From positions 2,700,001-2,732,000 of the forward strand of contig OY969938.1 of NCBI GenBank assembly GCA_963704755.1: DNA of 32,000 nucleotides, written 5' to 3'. Within the stretch, counting starts at the first letter, position 1, and each line of letters begins with the position of its first letter. A program made the position numbers and the translations under genes. The DNA is from an uncultured Chloroflexia bacterium (GTDB lineage Bacteria > Chloroflexota > Anaerolineae > Anaerolineales > Anaerolineaceae). Of this stretch, positions 24,331 to 32,000 are shown piece after piece. The notes below the pieces were generated by a model, which saw only the letters and a program-made list of their open reading frames with translations, was not told where the DNA came from and did no database searches.

Positions 24331-24749
24331 AAACCGCCGGGGTAGTAGGGGGCTATGACAGGTAGCCGGCAAATCCCTGCGGGTACTCCAAAAAAGTCAA
24401 AACGCCACAAAGGGATCGAGGAAGAATTTTTGGCAATTCAATTGCCGAAAAAATCCCCGATCCCTTTACATGTATTCGCCCATGCCTGGAGGAAGGCCTT
24501 ATAGAGCCTGTCTGACAGATATTTAGTGCATACCTTTATACAACCTTTATTTTTCCTTCATACATTTATTACAAAAGAATTCCACAATCTATGTATTATT
24601 TATAGGCAATTGACTGACAACCCAGGGTCATCAAAATGAGTATTCCGAGCAAAACGATTTTCGGATAGGTTTCGATGGGATAAATACCGAAAACAGAAGA
24701 AACCAAGCAATTTTTACTCATATATTCAATAGGAGAAACAATAAATCAT

Positions 24750-27155
24750 ATGAAAACAAACGTCACCAACCGTAAGCCCTTTAAAGACACCTTGCAGGCC
24801 CGCTTATTGTTATGGATTCTTTTATTGACACTGATCCCCCTGGCTGCCGTGGGCTATTTTGCGTATCAACGCAGCCAACAGGCCTTGTACGATAATGTTT
24901 CCAGCGACCTGGGAAAATCCACCCTGGTGACCAAGCAAATCGTTGAGAACTGGATCAGCGAAGTCAAGGCAGATGCGATCATGGTTGCCAATGACAAATC
25001 GGCAAATGCCAATAATCTCCCCCTGATGAAGGAAGATTTAGACAACTTTTACAAGTCCTGGGGCACTTTTGAATCGATCATTTACGCCGATGCCAGCGGG
25101 AAGACTGTGGTCAATACCCAAAACAACTCGTTGATCGATATTTCTGACCGGGATTACTACAAGCAGGCAATGCAGGGCAATATCGATATTTCGGAGCCGC
25201 TCATTTCGAAGAGTACCGGCAATGTAGTCCTTTCCTTTGCCGCACCGGTCAAAGTGAATGGCAAGGTCGTGGGAATGATTGGGATCATTGCCCCTACATC
25301 GATCATTACCGATGTTATGGCCGGCGGCCAGACCGGGACGACCGGCGAGACTTACCTGATCGATAAAGATGGCTACTTTATTACTCCCTCCCGGTTCGAA
25401 GCCAGCCTGAAACAATCCGGCCAGATCAAAGACCGTTCAGAGCTGGAATTGCAAATTAATACCTTTGGCTCTCAACAAGCCCTGGCGGGTGTGACCGGGG
25501 TCAGCGAGTATACGGGCTATCGCGGGGCGGAAGTCCTTGGCTCCTACACAGCCATCGACGGTTTTGATTGGGGTTTGCTCTCCGAGGTTGAAACGCAGGA
25601 AGCTTTTGCCTCATTGGGGCAAATCCGTACGGCGGTTTTACTGGTCGGTATATTGTCTATCCTGTTTGTTACAGGGGCAGCTTTTCTAATCTCGCGCAGC
25701 ATTACCGGCCCGCTGAGCGTTGTGGCGACGGCTATCCTGAACTTGGGCCAGGGCAACCTCAACGGCGATATCAGCATAGACGTCAAGAAGAAGATCGTCG
25801 GCCAGAAGGATGAAGTCGGGGACGTGGGCAAGGGTCTCTACAGCAGCGAGGTCTACATGACCGAAATGGCCGAGGCCGCCCAGCGTATGGCCGACGGGGA
25901 CCTGACTGTAGAAATAACCCCAAGGTCAGAAAAGGACGCGCTTGGAAATGCCTTTGTGAAGATGATCGATAATTTGCGCAAAATGGTACGGCAAATCACA
26001 GAGAATGCCAACAATTTGACGGCTGCCTCCGAGCAGTTAGCCAATTCGGCCGACCAATCCGGAAAGGCTGCCAATCAAATCGCAGCGACCATCCAGCAGG
26101 TAGCCAGCGGCTCGGCCCAACAGTCCGCGTCCGCTAACCAGACCGCCATATCCGTAGAGCAAATGTCCCGCGCGATCGATGGGGTTGCTAAAGGTGCCCA
26201 AGACCAGAACCGGGCAGTCAACCGGGCCGCCGAAATTACGGCCCAAATCTCCACTGCGGTTCAGCAGGTGGCCGCCAACGCTAAATCGGGGGCCGATGAA
26301 TTGGTCAAATCGGCCAAAGTGGCCCGGGGCGGAGCCGAGGTTGTAGAAGCCGCAATAAAAGGGATGGATGTAATCCAGAACAAGGTTAACCTTTCCGCAG
26401 AAAAAGTCCAGGAAATGGGAACGCGTTCCAAGCAGATTGGTGTGATTGTTGAGACGATCGAAGACATCGCCAGCCAGACCAATCTGCTGGCCCTCAACGC
26501 GGCCATCGAAGCAGCCCGGGCCGGCGAGCACGGAAAAGGCTTTGCGGTTGTAGCCGATGAGGTCCGCAAGCTGGCCGAGCGGTCCGCCGGCGCCACCAAA
26601 GAGATTGGCGGCCTGATCAATGATATTCAGACTACCGTCAGCGATGCGGTGATCGCCATGCAGGAAGGGTCCAGCGAGGTCGAAAGTGGGGTAACCCAGG
26701 CCAGAAAAGCCGGCGATGCCTTGAAAGAGATCCTGAAGTCGGCCGAACAAGTCAGCGAGCAGGTGAGTGAAATCGCCTCTGCCGCCGAGGAAATGACCGT
26801 TCTATCCACCAACCTGAGCGAAGCAACCGACACCGTCAGTGCGGTAGTGGAAGAAAACACCGCCGCGACCGAGGAAATGGCAGCCGGCTCGAGTGAAGTC
26901 ACCCAGTCCATCGAGAATATCGCCAGCGTGAGCGAAGAGAATGGTGCTGCCGTCGAAGAGGTGAGCGCGAGCGCAGAGGAAATGAGCGCCCAGGTAGAAG
27001 AAGTCAGTGCTTCGGCCCAGACCCTGTCCGAGATGGCCGACCAGTTGCAGCAGCTTGTGGCCCAATTCAAGGTATCGGCGGAGCACTCACTGGACGAAGA
27101 TAAATCCAACCATGGGCATGCGGACGCCGTTGCACAACTGCTTGGGAAAAAATAA
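24750..27155 (+). CDS. Methyl-accepting chemotaxis protein (TM, dCache-like sensor, TM, HAMP, long MCP signalling domain)
   Basis: N-terminal [21 protein letters not shown]. The Cache-like periplasmic region contains [11 protein letters not shown] and [13 protein letters not shown]. Second [20 protein letters not shown]. Highly conserved hairpin tip [40 protein letters not shown]. Confidence 0.92.
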   Translation: MKTNVTNRKPFKDTLQARLLLWILLLTLIPLAAVGYFAYQRSQQALYDNVSSDLGKSTLVTKQIVENWISEVKADAIMVANDKSANANNLPLMKEDLDNFYKSWGTFESIIYADASGKTVVNTQNNSLIDISDRDYYKQAMQGNIDISEPLISKSTGNVVLSFAAPVKVNGKVVGMIGIIAPTSIITDVMAGGQTGTTGETYLIDKDGYFITPSRFEASLKQSGQIKDRSELELQINTFGSQQALAGVTGVSEYTGYRGAEVLGSYTAIDGFDWGLLSEVETQEAFASLGQIRTAVLLVGILSILFVTGAAFLISRSITGPLSVVATAILNLGQGNLNGDISIDVKKKIVGQKDEVGDVGKGLYSSEVYMTEMAEAAQRMADGDLTVEITPRSEKDALGNAFVKMIDNLRKMVRQITENANNLTAASEQLANSADQSGKAANQIAATIQQVASGSAQQSASANQTAISVEQMSRAIDGVAKGAQDQNRAVNRAAEITAQISTAVQQVAANAKSGADELVKSAKVARGGAEVVEAAIKGMDVIQNKVNLSAEKVQEMGTRSKQIGVIVETIEDIASQTNLLALNAAIEAARAGEHGKGFAVVADEVRKLAERSAGATKEIGGLINDIQTTVSDAVIAMQEGSSEVESGVTQARKAGDALKEILKSAEQVSEQVSEIASAAEEMTVLSTNLSEATDTVSAVVEENTAATEEMAAGSSEVTQSIENIASVSEENGAAVEEVSASAEEMSAQVEEVSASAQTLSEMADQLQQLVAQFKVSAEHSLDEDKSNHGHADAVAQLLGKK

Positions 27156-27205
27156 GTCCCCAGTCCATGCCCCAAATGGTATGAGCGGATAAAAGAATAC
27201 ATCCC

Positions 27206-27250
27206 GGGCGGAGAGACCTATCCCTGTCTCTCCGCCCTTTTTCTATTTTT
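27206..27250 (+). terminator. Intrinsic terminator of the MCP gene
   Basis: GGGCGGAGAGAC (27206-27217), 8-nt loop, GTCTCTCCGCCC (27226-27237), followed by TTTTTCTATTTTT. Confidence 0.8.
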
Positions 27251-27259
27251 AACAATTTT

Positions 27260-27312
27260 GGAGTTTATTTTTATTCGTGGCGGCTACGCCGCCACGAATA
27301 AAAATAAACTCC
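27260..27312. terminator. Perfect 25-bp palindromic hairpin between convergent genes (possible bidirectional terminator)
   Basis: GGAGTTTATTTTTATTCGTGGCGGC-TAC-GCCGCCACGAATAAAAATAAACTCC. AT-rich stem base and GC-rich tip. It lies between the MCP terminator and the stop of the - strand membrane-protein gene. Confidence 0.6.
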
Positions 27313-27358
27313 AATTACCTCTCTTTTCTTTTATCCCGAACTCAGGTTATTTTATAGA

Positions 27359-28840
27359 TTATTGAGCAGAAATCTGCTCGACACCGTAATAGCGGGCAGC
27401 ACAAACGTTGATCCAGTAGCCCGGATCGGTTTGGATATGTTCCAGACCCATCAGGTTGCTGCCAATCAAGGCGACGGTCAACTGGCTTTGGCCTGTTTGG
27501 ATTTTATCCTGGATAGCCTGGTTCCGTTGGTCCCATTTTTCGGCAAAAACGACCGCTTCGCCTTTTTGCGAATAAATACGCGCCGAATGGTAGAGTGGGG
27601 CAGCGCCTATAAAATAGATAAAAACCAACGCAATCGCGGCTTGTTCTATCCACAGGGGAGACCTTTGAACCTGGAAAGCAGGCTGAACCAGGCTGCCGGC
27701 TACAAACAGGAACAATATGCTGGCCAAACTGAGCACAGTAGCCGGCAGGATCAGTACCCTTTCCGGCGGTTCGTTGGAGAGCGCCCAGGTCGATGCCAGG
27801 AAACATGCCAGCACCAGGCCCCAGACTGCAAACAGGAAAAGCAATGCCATTCCAAAAAGTTTTTTCGGGGCTGTCTCACGCCAGACAAAACTGGCGGGCT
27901 TAGCGCAAAACCCCGCCAGAAAGGCCACTGTCAAAACCGGCCAGAGGATGCCGGAATTTTTGATGAACCATTGGAGGATGTATTTCGAGCTCAAATAGAT
28001 CGAGGTTGCGAACACGGAGATTAAACTCGAGTGGGGCACGTAGGATAATTGCCGAATCGCATTACCAGGGGCAATAATCAACACCAGCATGCCTAGCGCG
28101 GTGCCGGCCGCTGCGGCCACCCAAGGAGCCACCGGGATGGCGAATCTATGCTCGCGCAGCCTGACTGCTATTTGGATGACGATCACCAGCCCGATTATCC
28201 CCATCTGGAGGATGGTTGCTATCTCCGAAAACCCACTGTTGATCCAGGCGATCCAAAAAATTGCCAGAATGGTTCCAGTTTTTCCCGCTGACGTAAACCT
28301 GGTATATCGAGGTGTCAGGGCTATCAGCAAAGTGCCCAGGGTAAAACCCAGGATGACCGGCAAAAGATAGGTGGCCAGGCCAGTTTGCCAGTAGATATCC
28401 TGGCCCACGTTGGGGAGGGTAGCCAGGAGAACGAATAGAACCAGGGCGGCGAGAAACGCCGGGAAAATCAGGCTTTTCCTGGCATACACCTGCTCGATCA
28501 ACCCGCAAATCAAGGCAAAGGCGGACACGAACCAGATCAACAAGGCTGCGCCTGGCAGCCACGGCACAATTCCTGGCCCAATCTCTTCAAACAGGGAGAC
28601 GATAAATGTAAAAGCATACCGGCCCGTCCAGTTCAGGTACCAGTAGGCCTGAGAATTCCAAAAGCCGATCGTTTTGACGAACCCGGCCGTGCAAAAGTCA
28701 TCGGCCAGGTAGCGGGAGTACCAGCCCAGGCCGGCATATACGCAAATTGCAACCAGCAGGGCTGCCGTGGACAGAGAAAAAACAATTGCGATGAAATTTG
28801 CCTGGAGGTAACGCTTAATCCGCATAATCGCATTAATCAT
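27359..28840 (-). CDS. Polytopic integral membrane protein (at least 10 hydrophobic spans); possibly a GT-C-type glycosyltransferase
   Basis: 493 aa, almost entirely hydrophobic helices. The first loop carries YLADDF, reminiscent of the acidic first-loop motif of GT-C enzymes. It ends in a ~90-aa soluble C-terminal tail. Family assignment is tentative. Confidence 0.7.
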   Translation of the reverse strand: MINAIMRIKRYLQANFIAIVFSLSTAALLVAICVYAGLGWYSRYLADDFCTAGFVKTIGFWNSQAYWYLNWTGRYAFTFIVSLFEEIGPGIVPWLPGAALLIWFVSAFALICGLIEQVYARKSLIFPAFLAALVLFVLLATLPNVGQDIYWQTGLATYLLPVILGFTLGTLLIALTPRYTRFTSAGKTGTILAIFWIAWINSGFSEIATILQMGIIGLVIVIQIAVRLREHRFAIPVAPWVAAAAGTALGMLVLIIAPGNAIRQLSYVPHSSLISVFATSIYLSSKYILQWFIKNSGILWPVLTVAFLAGFCAKPASFVWRETAPKKLFGMALLFLFAVWGLVLACFLASTWALSNEPPERVLILPATVLSLASILFLFVAGSLVQPAFQVQRSPLWIEQAAIALVFIYFIGAAPLYHSARIYSQKGEAVVFAEKWDQRNQAIQDKIQTGQSQLTVALIGSNLMGLEHIQTDPGYWINVCAARYYGVEQISAQ

Positions 28841-28976
28841 AGCTGATAAATTGATTAGTTCCTAGCAAATCAGCCGCCAAAATCATAGCTTTCTCAAGAA
28901 TTACGAGGGTAGCAAATAACACTGCCTTCATAATCTCAAAGCCGATGGTACCGGTGGCGTCACGTCCTGGCAGGTG

Positions 28977-29019
28977 CAAAAATCCCCCTTGAAAAAGGGG
29001 GGCAGGGGGGATTCTTTGG
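28977..29019 (-). terminator. C-tract hairpin + GGGGGGATTCTTTG repeat copy; probable terminator after nuoN
   Basis: + strand: CCCCCTT-GAAA-AAGGGGG (28984-29001) followed by GGGGGGATTCTTTGG (29005-29019). On the - strand the hairpin is followed by ATTTTTG (28983-28977). It lies 10-50 nt downstream of the nuoN stop. Same family as 9182-9213 and 11205-11251. Confidence 0.5.
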
Positions 29020-29027
29020 ATACTTCT

Positions 29028-30473
29028 CTATTGCAGCCGGATCACGGCGTTCATGGCCATCTGCAGCACCTGGTTAGGCAGCAGGCTGAGCACCACTACC
29101 GCCAGGGCGGCGGCGATAACGACCAGGTTTAGCCAGCTATCGCGGCGCACCCGCGGCTCACCGGAGTGCATGAACATGTATACCACCACCCGCAGATAGT
29201 AAAATGCCGAGATCAGCGAAGTCAACACGGCGATGACGGCCAGGCCGATATTGCCGGCCTGCACGGCGCTGCGCAGCAGGAAGAACTTGCCCCAAAAACC
29301 AATCGTAATCGGCACACCGGCCAGCGAGAGCATAAACACCAGCATGGCTACCCCCAGCCAGGCGTATTTGCGGCCCAGGCCGGCGTAATCAGCCAGCTCC
29401 AGCCCTTTCCCTTCGGCCTGTTCCAGGGCCACCACCACCGCCCAGGCGCCCAGGGTGGTAATGCCGTAGGTGACCAGGTAATACAACATCGCTGCCACTG
29501 CCTGGCCCGAAACGATCGGGTTGCCGTAGGCCACAAAAGCCATCAGCAGGTAGCCGGCGTGCGAAATGCTGGAATAGGCCAGCAGGCGTTTGATATTGGA
29601 CTGGCTGATGGCCAGCACGTTCCCGACCAGCATGGTCAGGGCGGCCAGCACCCAGCTTACCGGCATCAGGATCGAGGCTGCGCCGGGGAAAATCGTGATA
29701 AAGACACGCAGCAGGGCCGCAAAACCGGCTGCCTTGACCGCCACAGCCATGAAGCTGGAAACCGGCGAAGGCGCACCCTGGTACACGTCCGGGGCCCATT
29801 CATGGAAGGGGGCCGCCGAAACCTTGAAACCGAACCCGACCAGCACCAGCGAAGCGCCGGCGATGAACAGGATTTGCTCGTAATTGCCGCTGGCCACCGC
29901 GGCGATGATCCCATCGAATTGGGTGGTCGCCGTGGCCCCAAAGATCAGCGCGATGCCGTACAGGATGAACGCTGAGGAGAAAGTGCCCAGCAAGAAATAC
30001 TTCAAGGCCGATTCTTCCGACTCCACCCGCGGGCGGGCGAAACCGGCCAGAATGTACAGCGGGATCGAAAGCAGCTCGAGCGCCAGGAAGACCACGATCA
30101 GGTTGTAGGCTTCGCTGATCAGCATCATCCCGGCGATCGAGAACATCATCAGCACGTAGAACTCACCGCGCTCGATGCCGGTGCGCTTGAGAAAATCGTA
30201 TGCCAGGCCGATGGTCACGATACCACTGATCAGGTAAATGGCGTTCAAAAATACGGCGAAACCATCCACCATAATCATGCCGCCGAAGGCGGAAGCGGCG
30301 ATACCGTTCTGAGCGATATTCAGGCCCAGCGCGACTGCCATCCCGATCACGGCCAGGGTGGGCACCCAACCTTTCAGTCGCCCGGAAGTAAACAAATTCA
30401 ACACCAGGAGCGCGACTGCCCAGGCGAGCAGCGCCAGGATGGGAAGAATAGATTGAAAATCTGCCTGCGTCAT
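29028..30473 (-). CDS. nuoN: NADH-quinone oxidoreductase subunit N
   Basis: Polytopic antiporter-like subunit (…FHEWAPDVYQGAPSPVSSFMAV…, LLAYSSISHAGY…). The ATG at 30473 has an AGGAG SD at a 7-nt spacing, overlapping the nuoM stop. The GTG at 30479 in the ORF track is too close to the SD. Confidence 0.93.
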   Translation of the reverse strand: MTQADFQSILPILALLAWAVALLVLNLFTSGRLKGWVPTLAVIGMAVALGLNIAQNGIAASAFGGMIMVDGFAVFLNAIYLISGIVTIGLAYDFLKRTGIERGEFYVLMMFSIAGMMLISEAYNLIVVFLALELLSIPLYILAGFARPRVESEESALKYFLLGTFSSAFILYGIALIFGATATTQFDGIIAAVASGNYEQILFIAGASLVLVGFGFKVSAAPFHEWAPDVYQGAPSPVSSFMAVAVKAAGFAALLRVFITIFPGAASILMPVSWVLAALTMLVGNVLAISQSNIKRLLAYSSISHAGYLLMAFVAYGNPIVSGQAVAAMLYYLVTYGITTLGAWAVVVALEQAEGKGLELADYAGLGRKYAWLGVAMLVFMLSLAGVPITIGFWGKFFLLRSAVQAGNIGLAVIAVLTSLISAFYYLRVVVYMFMHSGEPRVRRDSWLNLVVIAAALAVVVLSLLPNQVLQMAMNAVIRLQ

Positions 30474-30483
30474 TGTCACGCTC

Positions 30484-31992
30484 CTATGGAATCGCCAGCA
30501 CCGAACTGTGCACCAGTGCCGCCAGCCCGTTCACGCTCGGGCTGATCAGGTCGAAGAAAGGTTGAGGGTGCAGGCCGATCCAGAAGATCAGCACCAGCAG
30601 CGGCACCAGGATGATTATTTCACGAACGTTCAGGTCCTTCAGGCCCAGGTTGGCTTCCACTTTGACCGGCCCCAGGAAGACCTTTTCGAACATCACCAGC
30701 AAATAAACGGCGGCCAAAATCACACCCAGGGCCGCTACCCCGGCGAACCAGGGGCTGTTATACACTTTGGAGCCAAACGAGCCCAACAGGATAGTGAACT
30801 CGCCGACGAAACCGTTCAGCCCGGGTATGGCCATCGAGGAGAGGGTCACGATCATGGCCAGCACACCCAGCACCGGCATGACCTTCATGATCCCGCCGAA
30901 CTGGCTCATCTCACGGGTGTGCCGGCGTTCGTAAAGCATGCCCACGATCAGGAACAAAGCCCCGGTACTGATGCCGTGGTTGAACATTTGCAGCACCGCA
31001 CCGGAAAGACCCTGGGCGGTGAAGGCAAAAATACCCAGCATGACGAAACCCAGGTGGCTGATCGAGGAATAGGCCACCAGTTTTTTGACGTCCGTTTGCA
31101 TCAGGGCCACCGATGCGCCATAAAGCACGCCGATGATCCCTAACACAGCGATGTACGGAGCCGCCTGCATTGAAATCTGCGGGAAGAGCGGCAGGTTGAA
31201 GCGCAGGAAGCCGTAAGCGCCCATCTTCAGCAGGACGCCGGCCAGGATCACCGACCCGGCTGTGGGGGATTCTACGTGCGCGTCGGGCAGCCAGGTGTGC
31301 AGCGGGAAGATTGGCACTTTGATGGCAAAGGCCAGGGCAAAAGCCAGGAACAGCCACAAGGATGCCGAGGCGAAAGCCCCGCGCTGCTGCACCAGCAGGG
31401 TCCAATCGAACGTGCCGGCCTTCAGCCCGATGTACAGGATCGCCAGCAGCATCAGCAGCGAGCCGATCATGGTGAACAGGATGAATTTTATGGCGGCGTA
31501 GATGCGCCGCTCACCGCCCCAGACTCCGATCAGGAAGTACATCGGGATCAGGGTGAATTCCCAGAAGACGTAGAACAACACCAGGTCCAGGGCCAGGAAC
31601 ACACCGGTCATCCCCACTTCCAGCAGCAGGAAGAACAGCATGAAGCCCTTGACCCGCTCCTGCACGGCCGACCAGGTCGAAAGGATGGCCAGCGGCGTCA
31701 GGAGTGTGGTCAACAGTACCATCAGGATGCTGATGCCATCTACCCCCAGGAAGAAATCGATTTGTATGCCGCCCACATGCAGCCAGGGCACCTGATATAC
31801 CATCTGGATCCCGGCTTCACCGCGCTGGAACTGGGCCAGCATCCATAATGAGATGCCAAAAGTCAGCAGCGAAGTGATCAATGCAACCCAGCGGATGGCG
31901 GTTTTTTGCTCTTGCTTAAGAAAGACGATGACAAAAAAACCGACCAGTGGGAAAAATGTCACCAGGATTAAGGGATTGATCCCAAAATTCAT
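30484..31992 (-). CDS. nuoM: NADH-quinone oxidoreductase subunit M
   Basis: …FPLHTWLPDAHVESPTAGSVILAGVLLKMGAYGFLRF…, LVAYSSISHLGFVMLG… are classic NuoM/ND4 motifs. The start ATG overlaps the upstream gene's stop (ATGA). Confidence 0.95.
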   Translation of the reverse strand: MNFGINPLILVTFFPLVGFFVIVFLKQEQKTAIRWVALITSLLTFGISLWMLAQFQRGEAGIQMVYQVPWLHVGGIQIDFFLGVDGISILMVLLTTLLTPLAILSTWSAVQERVKGFMLFFLLLEVGMTGVFLALDLVLFYVFWEFTLIPMYFLIGVWGGERRIYAAIKFILFTMIGSLLMLLAILYIGLKAGTFDWTLLVQQRGAFASASLWLFLAFALAFAIKVPIFPLHTWLPDAHVESPTAGSVILAGVLLKMGAYGFLRFNLPLFPQISMQAAPYIAVLGIIGVLYGASVALMQTDVKKLVAYSSISHLGFVMLGIFAFTAQGLSGAVLQMFNHGISTGALFLIVGMLYERRHTREMSQFGGIMKVMPVLGVLAMIVTLSSMAIPGLNGFVGEFTILLGSFGSKVYNSPWFAGVAALGVILAAVYLLVMFEKVFLGPVKVEANLGLKDLNVREIIILVPLLVLIFWIGLHPQPFFDLISPSVNGLAALVHSSVLAIP

Positions 31993-32000
31993 AACCAGCC
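31989..32000 (-). CDS. nuoL: Last codons of the upstream nuo gene (expected nuoL), cut by the window edge
   Basis: The - strand reads ...GGC TGG TTA TGA, with the TGA overlapping the nuoM ATG. Identity is inferred only from the conserved nuoL-M-N order. Confidence 0.35.
   Translation of the reverse strand, partial: GWL

Noticed and set aside
24409-24467. Imperfect ~58-nt hairpin (AAAGGGATCG...GGCAAT-TCA-ATTGCC...CGATCCCTTT) downstream of the HD-GYP gene, considered as a regulatory RNA
   Set aside because: The stem is interrupted, with no U-tract and no recognisable riboswitch core. It is most simply a weak terminator or spacer structure. It is noted here but not promoted to a finding.

Overview
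Bacterial chromosomal window. The gene content and repeat style suggest Chloroflexota (Anaerolineae-like), but this is an unverified guess. Composition is mosaic: my own 60-nt spot counts give about 63-65% G+C in the leu genes and the MCP 3' half, and about 37-40% in the 16.3-17.0 kb gene and the histidine-kinase gene.

Layout:
(1) 1-8280, + strand: amino-acid biosynthesis operon leuA' - small ORF - leuC - leuD - cimA - leuB - ilvE - pheA. Its intergenic gaps are filled with G/C-tract hairpin repeats.
(2) 8327-8945: six-unit tandem array of a 116-124-nt hairpin-rich non-coding repeat. A composite structured repeat follows at 9043-9229.
(3) 9356-14461, - strand accessory genes: a GNAT and a PlsC-type acyltransferase (bracketed by ~47-nt inverted repeats), a secreted S8 protease, and a frameshifted Cys/Met-metabolism PLP enzyme.
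(4) 14923-17036: a HIT protein, then a low-GC islet with a decayed DUF6884-like gene, a possible GIY-YIG-partner remnant, and an intact DUF2726 + topoisomerase-type zinc-ribbon protein.
(5) 17307-19255, - strand: Fe-S protein, tRNA-Arg(UCG) and a DUF985 cupin.
(6) 19508-27155, + strand signalling cluster: an OmpR-type regulator split into REC and wHTH ORFs, a large TM-HAMP-GAF-PAS histidine kinase with a degenerate C-terminal receiver, a REC-HD-GYP protein and a dCache/HAMP chemoreceptor.
(7) 27359-32000, - strand: a polytopic membrane protein, nuoN, nuoM and the last codons of nuoL.

No CRISPR array, rRNA, transposase, integrase or recognised defence system is visible. The least explained items are the tandem structured-repeat array, the dispersed C-tract-hairpin/GGGGGATTCTTTG repeat family, and the low-GC islet. 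Three reading-frame disruptions (PLP enzyme, DUF6884-like gene, OmpR regulator) may be real decay or assembly indels. All family assignments come from motif recognition by eye; no searches were run.
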